64,000 nucleotides of DNA. It comes from Phyllobates terribilis. Lineage: Eukaryota. A model generated the notes under the pieces. The model did not search any database, was not told where the DNA came from, and saw nothing but the letters and a program-made list of their open reading frames with translations. Location of the stretch: contig NW_027362768.1 in the NCBI RefSeq assembly GCF_046119375.1, forward strand, positions 327,980,001 through 328,044,000. Direction: 5' to 3'. The stretch's first letter is position 1; every line of letters starts with the position of its first letter. Positions 37,701 to 49,700 of the stretch are shown piece by piece. The position numbers were made by a program, and so were the translations under genes.

Positions 37701-40700
37701 CGTCCCAACGCTCCCGTCCATCTGGGAGCCCGGAGCCCGTCCCAACGCTCCCGTCCATCTGGGAGCCCGGAGCCCGTCCCAACGCTCCCGTCCATCTGGG
37801 AGCCCGGAGCCCGTCCCAACGCTCCCGTCCATCTGGGAGCCCGGAGCCCGTCTCAACGCTCCCGTCCATCTGGGAGCCCGGAGCCCGTCTCAACGCTCCC
37901 GTCCATCTGGGAGCCCGGAGCCCGTCCCAACGCTCCCGTCCATCTGGGAGCCCGGAGCCCGTCCCAACGCTCCCGTCCATCTGGGAGCCCGGAGCCCGTC
38001 CCAACGCTCCCGTCCATCTGGGAGCCCGGAGCCCGTCCCAACGCTCCCGTCCATCTGGGAGCCCGGAGCCCGTCCCAACGCTCCCGTCCATCTGGGAGCC
38101 CGGAGCCCGTCCCAACGCTCCCGTCCATCTGGGAGCCCATTCCAAACCCACCCGTCCATCTGGGAGCCAGGAGCCCATTCCAAACCCATCCGTCCATCTG
38201 GGAGCCCGGAGCCCGTCCCAACGCTCCCGTCCCAACGCTCCCGTCCATTGCTCTTCTAGGTTCGGTTTTTGTAACCTTTCAACTTTATTTCCTTTCATTA
38301 TTTTTTTCAGATCTCAGGATTAAGTCTACCTCTCCCTCCTAAAAAATTAATAGGTAACATGGATCGGGAATTCATAGCCGAGAGACAGAAAGGACTTCAG
38401 AACTATCTGAGCCACATCACATCCAATCATATCCTCAGCGGCTGCGAACCAGTGAAGAAATTCCTTGACCCCAGTAATTACTCTGCGAATTACACTGGTA
38501 CGTGATTGGCAGTAATTATAGTGTCCCCTTGTCCTGTCTTTGTCTGTATCTCTGTGTTGTAGAATAGGGGTCCTGTGCTCCCCATGGGAATGGAGAGCAG
38601 GGGTGCATGTGTGTGTGACCACCTTACCATTCACTTCTGTAGTGCACTGATACCGTGAAAGAAATTCCGATCTTGTGTGCAAAGAAAGAATCTCCGTACC
38701 GTTGCCTCTGGATCAGCAGGGGCCCAAAGCTCATCCCCAATCAATGAGGATGAGATTTGGGATCACTGAAGACTCCTCTGATCAAATAATGGCAGAATGC
38801 CACATGGTTTATACAAATCATGGAACCTGGAGGTAACATATTATGTAAAAAACAACCCAGCTGCTGCAGAACATCTTTTTAGTGAAGGTTGGTTGGTATA
38901 CGTTTGCAGTGGTAAAAAAAGATGTGGTAGCTGCTGCGGGTAATAAACCTTATAACACACCAGCTGCTGCAGAAGCTCTTTAAGGAGAGGACTTGGTAGC
39001 CAGTGATATTCATGTGACCATTGCACTTTATTATTGCAGAGTATCTTTAAAGGGTAGTTCCCAAAATCACAAGATATCGCCTATCTTCTAGACAGGGGAT
39101 AACTTGCTGATCGCTGGGGGTCTGACCACTGGTTTTCCCAGCGATCTTTAGATTTGGGCTCTGCAGCCCTGTCTTGAATGGAGTAGAGCTGCGCATGCTC
39201 AGTACTCGCTCCATTCATTGTCTATGGTACTGCCAGCAGATTACAAGGCTCTGCTATTTCCGTCAGTCCTATAGACAATGAATGGAGCAGAGGTACAGCA
39301 TGCACATCTCTGCTTCATTCAAGACAGGACTGCAGATTCTTATTTTTCAATCTCAGAATAGTTGAGGTTTCCAGTGATCAGATCCCAAGCGATCAACAAG
39401 CTAACCCATATCTAATGGATAGGGGATAACTAGTGATTTGGAGAATAACCTTTTCTAGGGATATTCTCACTTCTTTTCTAGGCGTATTCTTGACTTCAAT
39501 ATGCCATCACTTTAATGATTGCTTGAAAGCCGAGTCCTGTGACCCCCCCCCCCCCACAGATTGAAGAAGCAGAATCACTTCTTCAGTACTGCATCCTCTG
39601 GACAAGGCATCGCCATGGGGTCAGGGGCACTGCCATTAGGTCAGAGGCACTGCCAAGGGGTCATGAGCACCCCACTTAGGGTAAAAGCGATCACTAAATG
39701 TCAGCATATCCTTTTGAGGGGAATACCATGTTATAAGGAGATGCTCAGGTCAGTTTTAGGAGTAGAAGGAACTCACTGACTGAGGAGGAAGAGGAGAGGA
39801 ATATGGAAGTTTGCAATAAAGCAGAATTGTTTGCATTCGGTGCCTGCACACACCTGGGCTACAGCTGCTCTCCGTATGAGGCCTTGTCTGTTCTGTCCTC
39901 ACCACATAGCGCTATGGGAATACAACAGAACGACACCAGATGATGCCGCTCCGCACACCATCCCTTCCAGGAGCTGAAATCTTGTTTTCATCATCAACAT
40001 TTAATTGTCATTTGCCAAAGTATTTACAAAGCCAGATAGCGAGTTGTGTCAAGGGCTTCACCCACAATATACACCCCGCCTTTTACTAGTCTTTCGCTTT
40101 ATTTTTATTTATTTAAATATTTATTTTTTGAGAATTTGATAAGCCAAGTTTTAATGCAAACAAATTGCATTAGTAAGGGCTGCTGGATAGCAACAATATC
40201 GAGGAGTTTTTGGAGTAGAAACTAAGCGGAATCTCCAAATTCCGAAGTTCCTCAAAACCTTGAAGTTTCTGCTTCGCAAATTTGGCAAAAAGAGACTCCA
40301 TGTGCACATGCCACCAGCGTACTTCAAGCTGAATGAACAAGGGGGCCGCATTCAATCCATAGGAGCCCCTATTTGTAAGCTGTTATCCCAGTTGGTGGCC
40401 AGTGGGGCTTGGCCTTCACTTTCCATAAGAGGGCATGGTGGTGGGAGCAGCCCCATAGCACCGGAGCTTGATAGGTGCTCTCCAAAATGTGGCACCGCTG
40501 CAAAAGTGAGCGACGTTGGACAAGCCCTTTAATTTCTTCCCTACATTAAAGCTGAGCCCCTTGGAGTCCGGCACCTCTGATGTCCCTCACGTTTTCTATT
40601 TCTTTCCCCTGCAGAAATTGCCTTGCAGCAAGTTTCAATGTTCTTCCGATCAGAGCCCAAATTCGAGGTGGTTGAGCCCCTGAAGGACATCGGTGAGTTC

Positions 40701-43700
40701 ATTTAGGTGATCGGGGGACATGAACAGTGACCCCGGAGCTTCGGTCTTTGGTGACTGCTTCGTCTTCTGTCTTTTGCTGTAGGTTGGAGATTACGGAAAA
40801 GATATTTCCTAATGAAGTGTAAGAGTCAACCAAAGGAGCCGCTCGTCTTAAGCTGGGTACGTGCATCAGTAATGGGCACCATGTACTTTGCAGTTATCAC
40901 TGGTGACGGGGATATATATTTACTATCTGTATGTAATTAAAGGGGTTGTCCAGGACTTAGATATTGATGACCTTTCCTAGGGACATGTCATCAATGTCAC
41001 CTCCTGGGATCAGCCGATGCCTGCTCTGATGTACAGCTCTGTGCATTTAGTGGTTTCTACCAAATTCTGCAGTATTTTTCCCATTCAAGTGAGTCCTTTA
41101 GACTGGTCATCAATATGTATGCCCCGGACAACCCCTTTAATTAGCTATTCATCTCAACCTGAACATACACATGGGCTCTGCCAAGCATTTGTGTCTTCTC
41201 AATGGAGGAAGAAGCCGCTCCTAAAAGCGCCACTGTTGGCTACCTATATATCTGAGAACAAAGGATTGGGCATGTTGAAATCCAACATGTCCAATCTGTT
41301 TCTGACCCTGGTTGGGTCCTAGTTTTCATGGTGCATCAGGCAGTGTTCCCATTTGGTGCATCACAAAGCTGGACCACCACATTCTACAAATTGATATCTG
41401 TCGTTTCTTAATAAATAAATAAGTCTTAGCACCACTTATATGCAAAACTGTGATTGTTGTTGTACCATGGGCCAGATTCATTATTGCATGTGTGCCTTTT
41501 TTTTTCTGGCTTTTGGTGTTTTTATTTATATCTCATTCTTCTTTTCATTTGCGCCTTTTTTGAAAGTTTAGCAGAACAGCGATGCAAGCTTAACGACAAA
41601 AGTAAAGCGCGTTTTTAGTTTAGCGCAAAATTCATGAACCACGTGCACCATATAGAAAAAAATGGTGCAAAAAATATTAACAAATGCCATCAGATCAAAA
41701 AATACTGCGTAAAAAAACGGCATAAAAAAAGTGTGAACAAAAAGTTCACAGGATACAGAAGCAAAACGTGCAGAACACCGGAAACGCTTCTTCAGTAGTT
41801 TTGTTTGACTTGATACTTTTTTTTTTTTTTTTTAGAAGTGCTAGATTTAATTCTGCACAGTTTGTGATCGCCGTCATCTCGCGACCGAGAGCGATCCGGA
41901 CTGGCAGTTGAAAAAGTGATTTATTTTTTTTTTTTTGCGTTTTAGGCTGATTTGGGTCCTGATAAATATCTGCAGGATAAAGACTTTCAGTGTGCGATAA
42001 AACTGCTGCCATCATGGACGGTGAGTGTACGTTGCTTCCAGAGATGAGCCGATTTTATGAGATTTGCCAAATCGCACCGATTTTTCCAGGAAATTTGATT
42101 TGCAGCAATTTATTCACAATCAATTGAAGGTCCCTTGTTTTGCTTTGGGGATCTGGATGGACTCCAGAGGATAATAAATGTAAGATGTAGTAAATAAACA
42201 ACTAATAACACCTCTCTGGCCACCGCCGTTAGTTGCTGTCCTCTGTGTTTCTCTGTTGCCCCGACGCGCGCTGAAATCCTGGGGCTCTTCACGGTAGGCT
42301 AGGCCCCTGGACGTCACTGTGCATGCACGTTGTAAGGTAGTGACGTCATGAGGTGCGCCATGACTTTACAACATGCTGTAAGCTGGGACTTCCTGCCATG
42401 ACCAGGCCTGGGATGTCCCTGCACATGTGCGTCATAAGTCTGTGGCATGCGTCGTGACGTTGCGACCTTACGATGGTCGTGGCCAGAAATCCTGATCTAG
42501 AGTGTGTGTCGTGACTTTATGTTATGCAGGGTCATCAGCGTGCGATGGCATTAAGAGGCGCTGAGGACCATACAGGGGACAATGAGCAGCTGGGGGTATT
42601 TGGCCATCTGAGTGCTTCCCATCGCTTCTGCCACTACCGTCGTCCTTCACCACGCTGAAAGGAAGTTGCCGTATAATTAAATGTAGGGTTTGTGCACCTT
42701 GTTGCAGCGTGCACGTACCCTGTACACAGGCGCAGTCCCATGTAGACCTGTCAGCACTACTGGGACTTTCATAAAAAAACAGGCCAATTTTATGATGAAT
42801 ATGAAAGATTTACTATCACGACTGTTGAACCCTCCGCCAGTCTGACGTCTGAGGATCCTAAAAGCTGTGATTGAAGACTTTATGCCTCGTGTTGATTTAC
42901 AGAATGGAAAAGTTTTACATCATTCGTTTATTATGAGCCATAAATAGCAAGTGTCGGCCTTCATCAATAAATGACCTTGTACCTTCTGATGACATAATTC
43001 TCCGGAAAGATTTGCCAGTTTTTTGGCGCCGGGCTCTCGCTGTCATCTATGAGGGTTTATAAGGCGCCTCCTGATACGTGTAACTCCGTCACATATTGTC
43101 AAAAGATCCGGAGAATAATGTCTCTGGCTGGTCACATATTTAGTGTCGGTCTCTATATTCTTACTGTCTGTTATTATTTTGCTGTCTTGTCCCTTTTTCC
43201 ATAAATTGATAGATTTTCTCCTATTTTGGCAGCATCCGTACATCCACCGTGTCACGTTTGCCACGGCCAGCGAGTCCTCCGCCCTCGTCATCAGGCCGTT
43301 TAATGAAAAGGGAACGTTAAAGGATCTAATCTACAAGGTAACGTCTGTGACACTGGACTGACGGCTCCTTTTCTATTTCCGATTAACCCAAAGGAACAAT
43401 TTTGGAAAGCGTGCATCGTCATAGACAAGTGTGGAAAGAAGGAAAATCCTGATTATAAGAAGTTCCTGATATCTGAAATCTGCTTTTTTAAATGCAGAAA
43501 CGCTGCAGATTTCAATTTTGAAATTTGCGCGTAAAATCCGCACCTCAAGTAGAGGATGTGTCGGGGGATTCTGCAGCTGCAGCATATTACTGCATGATTC
43601 TGGGGCACATGCAGATCATTCCCTGTGGATTCATCGTGGATTTTTCTACTGTTATGTGCTTGTTCTGGGCAGAGTATTACCCAAAGTTGTAGCTTAGCCC

Positions 43701-46700
43701 TTGTTGTACATTTCTGTTTGTGTAGTTGGTGGATGGTAATCATGTTCTTCCTTCGGCTGCCGTCACCCTCTGTTTTGCATTAATGTGGGAATCTACCCAG
43801 ACTGCAGCGAGCCTCTGTTTTGCATTAATGTGAGAATCCACCCAGGCTGCAGTGAGCCTCTGTTTTGCATTAATGTGAGAATCTGCCCAAGCTGCAGCGA
43901 GCCTCTGTTTTGCATTAATGTGGGATTCCACCCAGGCTGCAGCGAGCCTCTGTTTTGCATTAATGTGAGAATCCGCCTAAGCTGCAGCGAGCCTCTGTTT
44001 TGCATTAATCTAAGAATCCGACCAGGCTGCAGCGAGCCTCTGTCTTGCATTATTGTGGAAATCTGCCCAGGCTGCAGCGAGCCTCTGTTTTGTATTATTG
44101 TGGAAATCCGCCCAGGCTGCAGCGAGCCTCTGTCTTGCATTATTGTGGAAATCCGCCCAGGCTGCAGCGAGCCTCTGTCTTGCATTATTGTGGAAATCCG
44201 CCCAGGCTGCAGCGAGCCTCTGTCTTGCATTATTGTGGAAATCTGCCCAGGCTGCAGCGAGCCTCTGTTTTGTATTATTGTGGAAATCCGCCCAGGCTGC
44301 AGCGAGCCTCTGTCTTGTATTATTGTGGGAATTCGCCCAGGCTGCAGCGAGCCTCTGTCTTGTATTATTGTGGGAATTCGCCCAGGCTGCAGCGAGCCTC
44401 TGTTTTGCATTAATCTAAGAATCCGACCAGGCTGCAGCGAGCCTCTGTCTTGCATTATTGTGGAAATCCGCCCAGGCTGCAGCGAGCCTCTGTCTTGCAT
44501 TATTGTGGGAATCCGCCCAGGCTGCAGCGAGCCTCTGTTTTGCATTAATGTAAGAATTCGACCAGGCTGCAGCGAGCCTCTGGTTTGCATTAATGTAAGA
44601 ATCCGACCAGGCTGCAGCGAGCCTCTGTTTTGCATTAATGTAAGAATCCGACCAGGCTGCAGCGAGCCTCTGTTTTGCATTAATGTAAGAATTCGACCAG
44701 GCTGCAGCGAGCCTCTGTTTTGCAGTAATGTGGGAATCTACCCAGGCTGCAGCGAGCCTCTGTCTTGCATTATTGTGGAAATCCGCCCAGGCTGCAGCGA
44801 GCCTCTGTCCTCAGTTTGTGGGTTTTTTTTGTACCTGCATTTCCTGGTGTATTTTTAGCTGCTCTCCGTTCATTTGATTTGTCTTTCTCTTTTAGGCCAA
44901 ACCTAAAGATCCATTTTTAAAGAAATACTGTAATCCCAGAAAAATCCAAGGGCTGGACCTGCAGCAAATCAAAACACTTGGGAGACAGATTTTAGAGGTA
45001 TTTGTCATAGAATCATAGAATGGTAGAGTTGGAAGGGACCTCCTGGGTCATCTGGTCCAACCCCCTGCTCAAAGCAGGATTCACTAGATCATCTCAGACA
45101 GATGTCTGTCCAGCCTCTGTTTGAAGACGTCCATTGAAGGGGAACTCACCACCTCTCGTGGCAGCCTGTTCCACTCATTAATCACTCTCACTGTCAAAAA
45201 GTTTTTTCTAATATCTAATCTGTGTCTCCTCCCATTTAGTTTCATCCCATTGCTTCTAGTCTTTCCTTGTGCAAATGAGAATAAAGATGATCCTTCTACA
45301 ATGTGACAGCCCTTGACATATTTGTAGACAGCTATTAAGTCTCCTCTCAGTCTTCTTTTTTGCAAGCTAAACATTCCCAAATCCTGCAACCGTTCCTCAT
45401 AGGACATGGTTTGCAGACCAGTCACCATTCTGGTCGCTCTTCTCTGAACTTGCTCCAGTTTGTCTATGTCTTTTTTAAAATGTGGTGCCCAAAACTGTAC
45501 ACAGTATTCCAGATGAGGTCTGACCAAAGAGGAGTAAAGACCGATAATGACTTCACGTGATCTAGACTGTATGCTTCTGTTAATACATCCCAGAATTGTA
45601 TTTGCCTTTTTTGCTGCTGCATCACACTGTTTTGCAGTAAGGCTGTGGTTATGTGAAAGGATTAAAAAATATGATACAGAATGAATAAAGATTAATGAGC
45701 AAAAAAACAATGCGTGGTCTGCAGGGCAGAGTGACTCTGGACAAGCTGCAGTACCACACATGGCCACAACTGTCTATGTGGCGCTATGTGTGTGTAAATG
45801 ATGAACAGGAGCACGCACCTCTGCCCCTTTATTCTCTTGTTTGCAGGAATTTTGCAGGTTGGTCCCCCACTTATTGGAAAACCCCTTTTATAATAAACAC
45901 TTTCTTCAGTTTTATGGGTTTTGCATTGTGATCACTGAAGAGGCTCATGTGCTGTATATAGAGGTTCTTTTCTGGAAACGGAGGCTGATTTGCCTCAATA
46001 TTTAGTAGTTGCCTGACTATCTTAATTTTTTTTACCACTGGTAGCTTGGCTTTAAATGAGCAGAGCTGCGGTGTAAAGCATGGTGAGAAATTGGATATAC
46101 GCCTGAGCCTGTCATGAGACAGAAGGTGGATTTGGAAGCATCTTTGACCTTTTAAAAGGATCTTCAAAAATGATCCCCTGTAACGGGATAAACGTTGATT
46201 GTTGGGTCGGTACTGCGTTCTCCCCCGGTCCATAAGATCGTGGCCTGGGAGAAGTAGAATGGAGGTGACATTGCAGCTCCATTCATTATCTGTGGATAGA
46301 TTATAAATGGATGATCTTTGGGGAACAGGGGGTCCCTTAGTCCCCTGTGGGATTGGAGCGGTACTGAGCATGTGCGACCACTGCTGCAGTTACTGTCTAT
46401 GGACCTGAAGGAGACGTCTCCATCAGGCCCATAGACAATCATAGCTGCTCCATTCACACAGGGAGATCCAGGACCCCCATTCCCATGATTGGTCGTGGTC
46501 CCAGCCATACGTTTCTCGTGTCCATAGGAGATAAATATATTTTGTAGGAAAAACTCTTAGAATGAATTTAGAGGCATAGCTGACTTCACGAAAGCTTCTA
46601 TAAGTGTCACTTTTTCCCCCCGATCCTCCAGGTACTAAAGTTTCTCCATGATCGGGGCTTCCCCTACGGTCACCTCCATGCTTCGAACGTTATGCTTGAA

Positions 46701-49700
46701 GGAGAGACGTGTCGGCTCATGGACCTGGAGAACTCCCTGCTCGGCCTGCCGTCCTTTTACAGATCCTATTTCACACAGTTCCGAAAAATCAATGTAAGTT
46801 CCTGCTGTAGACGGGCGGCCGCACGGTGCGCAGGGGCTGCAGGCCGGTCCTGGTGGGCAGGAGAAGTCACACCCTGTTTTTTATATAGACCTTGTCCATT
46901 TACACGCCCTTTCTCCACCCACTAAAAGAAAGTAACGGTAACCAAAATTAAAGGTGCATTTCCCTTTCTGCAAATATAGTAAATGTTTCCTGCAGTCCTA
47001 TGTAACACCCTAAATAACAGTGATAACCCCTTGAAATACATATAATGTAGATGTTACCTGCAGTCCTATGTAATACCACAGACAAGGCAGTGATAACTCT
47101 TGAGTACAAGTAATGCAGTAGATGTCACCTGCAGTCACAAGTAACACCACAGTGATAACTCTCTGGATGTATATCATGTGGTAGATGTTACCTGCAGCCC
47201 TATGCAATACCCCAAATAACACAGTGATAACCCCCTTTATACATATAATGTAGTAGATGTCATCTGCAGTCCCGTATCACATAGTGATAACTCTCTGGGT
47301 GTATATGATGTGTTACATGTATTCTGCAGTCCTATGTAACACACCAAATAACAGTGATGTCTCCCTGAAATACATGGAATGTAGTAGATGTTACCTGCAG
47401 TCCTATGTAACACCACAGATAACGCACTGATAACCCTCTGAGTACATATAATGTAGTTAATGTTTTCTGCAGTCTTATGCCACCCCCTCCCCCAATAACA
47501 CAGTGATAACCCCCTGAAATACATATAATGTAGATGTTGCCTGCAGTCCTATGTAACACGATGGAGAAAATGGTGATAACCCTCTGAGTACATATAATAT
47601 AGATGTCACCTGCAGTCCCATGTAACACCACAGATACACAGTGATAACCCCCTGAAATACATATAATGTAGTAGATGTTACCTGCAGTCCCATGTAACAC
47701 CACAGATACACAGTGATAGCTCTCTGGGTATATATGATGTGGTAGATGTTACCTGTAGTCCTATGCAACACAACAGATCACACCGTGATAACTCTTAGCA
47801 CACATATTGTAGTAGATGTTACCTGCAGTCCCATGCAACATGATATGTTGCTGTGCTGTGCAGTGGGGTCAGGTCCCGCAGACAAGCCTAGAAGCCGTAC
47901 CCCAGAGTCGAGGCTTCTTCCTAGAGCTCGTACCATCCTGTGCTGGGGCTCAGCACACTGACTCTGCTGTGTCATGTAGGGCCGGACTCTGCAGCACCAG
48001 GCTGTGGTTGTTTTCTCACGCAGGGAAGAGTTAGGCTGTGTTCACACGATGCGTATTTCATGCGTTTCCGCGGCGTTTTTGCAGTTGCGTAAACGCCGCG
48101 GAAACGCATGAAAAACGCATGGTAGAAGGGAAGCAATGTTCCCCAATGGAAATCCGCATGTGCTGTGCCCATGATGCGGATTTTTCCGCAGCGTTAACGC
48201 TGCGGTCAAAAATCCGCAACATGTCAATTAATTTTGCGGAAACGCGTCGTTTTCGCCGCCATTGACTTGCATTAGAACGCGCCAATTCCGCAAGACAGCA
48301 TCTGTACTTGCGTAATTGGTGCGTTCTAATGTGCGGATGGTACCCGGGTGTGGAGGAGAGGAGAGTCTCATCCACACCCAGGTACCATTAAAAAGCTGTA
48401 GAAGAATAAAATAAAAAATAAATGTATTCTTACCTTCTGTCGGCCCGCACAGCGCTCCTGCTTGGTTCCCGGCACTTGCAGTGAGTTGTAGGACCTGCGG
48501 TGACGTCAGAGTCATGTGACGGGTCACGTGACGCTGACGTCGGCAGGTCTTTCAATTCAAAGTTGCCGGCGAGGGAGAACAGATTGAGCGGGACACCGGG
48601 GGCCATCGGAGGTAAGTATATACACTCTCTCGGTTCACACTGTATAAATCCATGCTGTTTGCATGGATTTATATAGTGTGACCTAGTTATCAAGCACTTT
48701 CCAGGTGATGCTAACATCGCCTGGAAAGCGCTTGTCAATCTGCATGCGGAAACGCATGTGAATCTGCATGTGGATCCGCATGTATTCTGCAGGAAAAACG
48801 CATGCACAATCTGCATGCGTTTTTTCTGCCAGGGAGATGCAGAAATGATGCAGAAATTTTCTGCTTCATTTCTGCATCGTGTGCACATACCCTTACAGTT
48901 CTGCTTGCAGAAGATCTTTATTAGGAGACTCTATGTGCCTCTGACCTTGGTTGATGTGCTCCTCATTTTGCAGACTTTGGAGAGTATTGACGTGCACTGC
49001 TTCGGCCACTTACTATATGAGATGACGTATGGCCGGCCTCCCGACTATGTACCTGTAGACCAGTTTCCCCCCGCTCCGTCCATCTCAGTAGGTGAGTACG
49101 GTCTTCTCTAGATAAATCTCCACAGTTTTACAGCCGAGTCGTGTCTGAAACCTAATTGACATTAGACAAAAATATTGGTTTTCATCCTGGAACAGCACCA
49201 CCATTGTCAAAAGGCCGTGCCTGGTACTGCAGCTTAATCTCAACTTTGCCGAGCTGCAGTACCAAATTCAGCCCATTCACCAGTGGAAGTGTGGACCCTG
49301 ACTAGTGGGCAGAACTAATGAGTTCTGAATAATAATGATAAAAAGTGTTTCCAAAAATTATCATAAATTAATTGTTTTTCTAAATTTATTAATGTTTAAT
49401 ACACCCTGTTCTGTGGGTCCTGTACTCAGGATCGTCATTTGTTTGCCACAGTGCACACCTGTCCTGCTTTACAGGCCACGGAGTAGAAAACATTTTCAAA
49501 TATATATAATTAGGAAAATGAACAAATGTCCTCTCTGATCTGGAGATATTAAGGTCCAAACCCTTTAAGAAAGGTAGCTGGGAGCGGCTAAAGGCGTGCC
49601 CTCTGCTCTGTCACTATTTTGATAGAAGTGTAAGACTTTTTGCTTCTGAGCTGAATAATGCCACTGTAACGGGTCATATAAGGAGCAGTGTAAGATGGAT

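Noticed and set aside
46632-49091. PXK as an active kinase
   Set aside because: Catalytic loop reads HLHASN and DFG is absent, as in the known pseudokinase.
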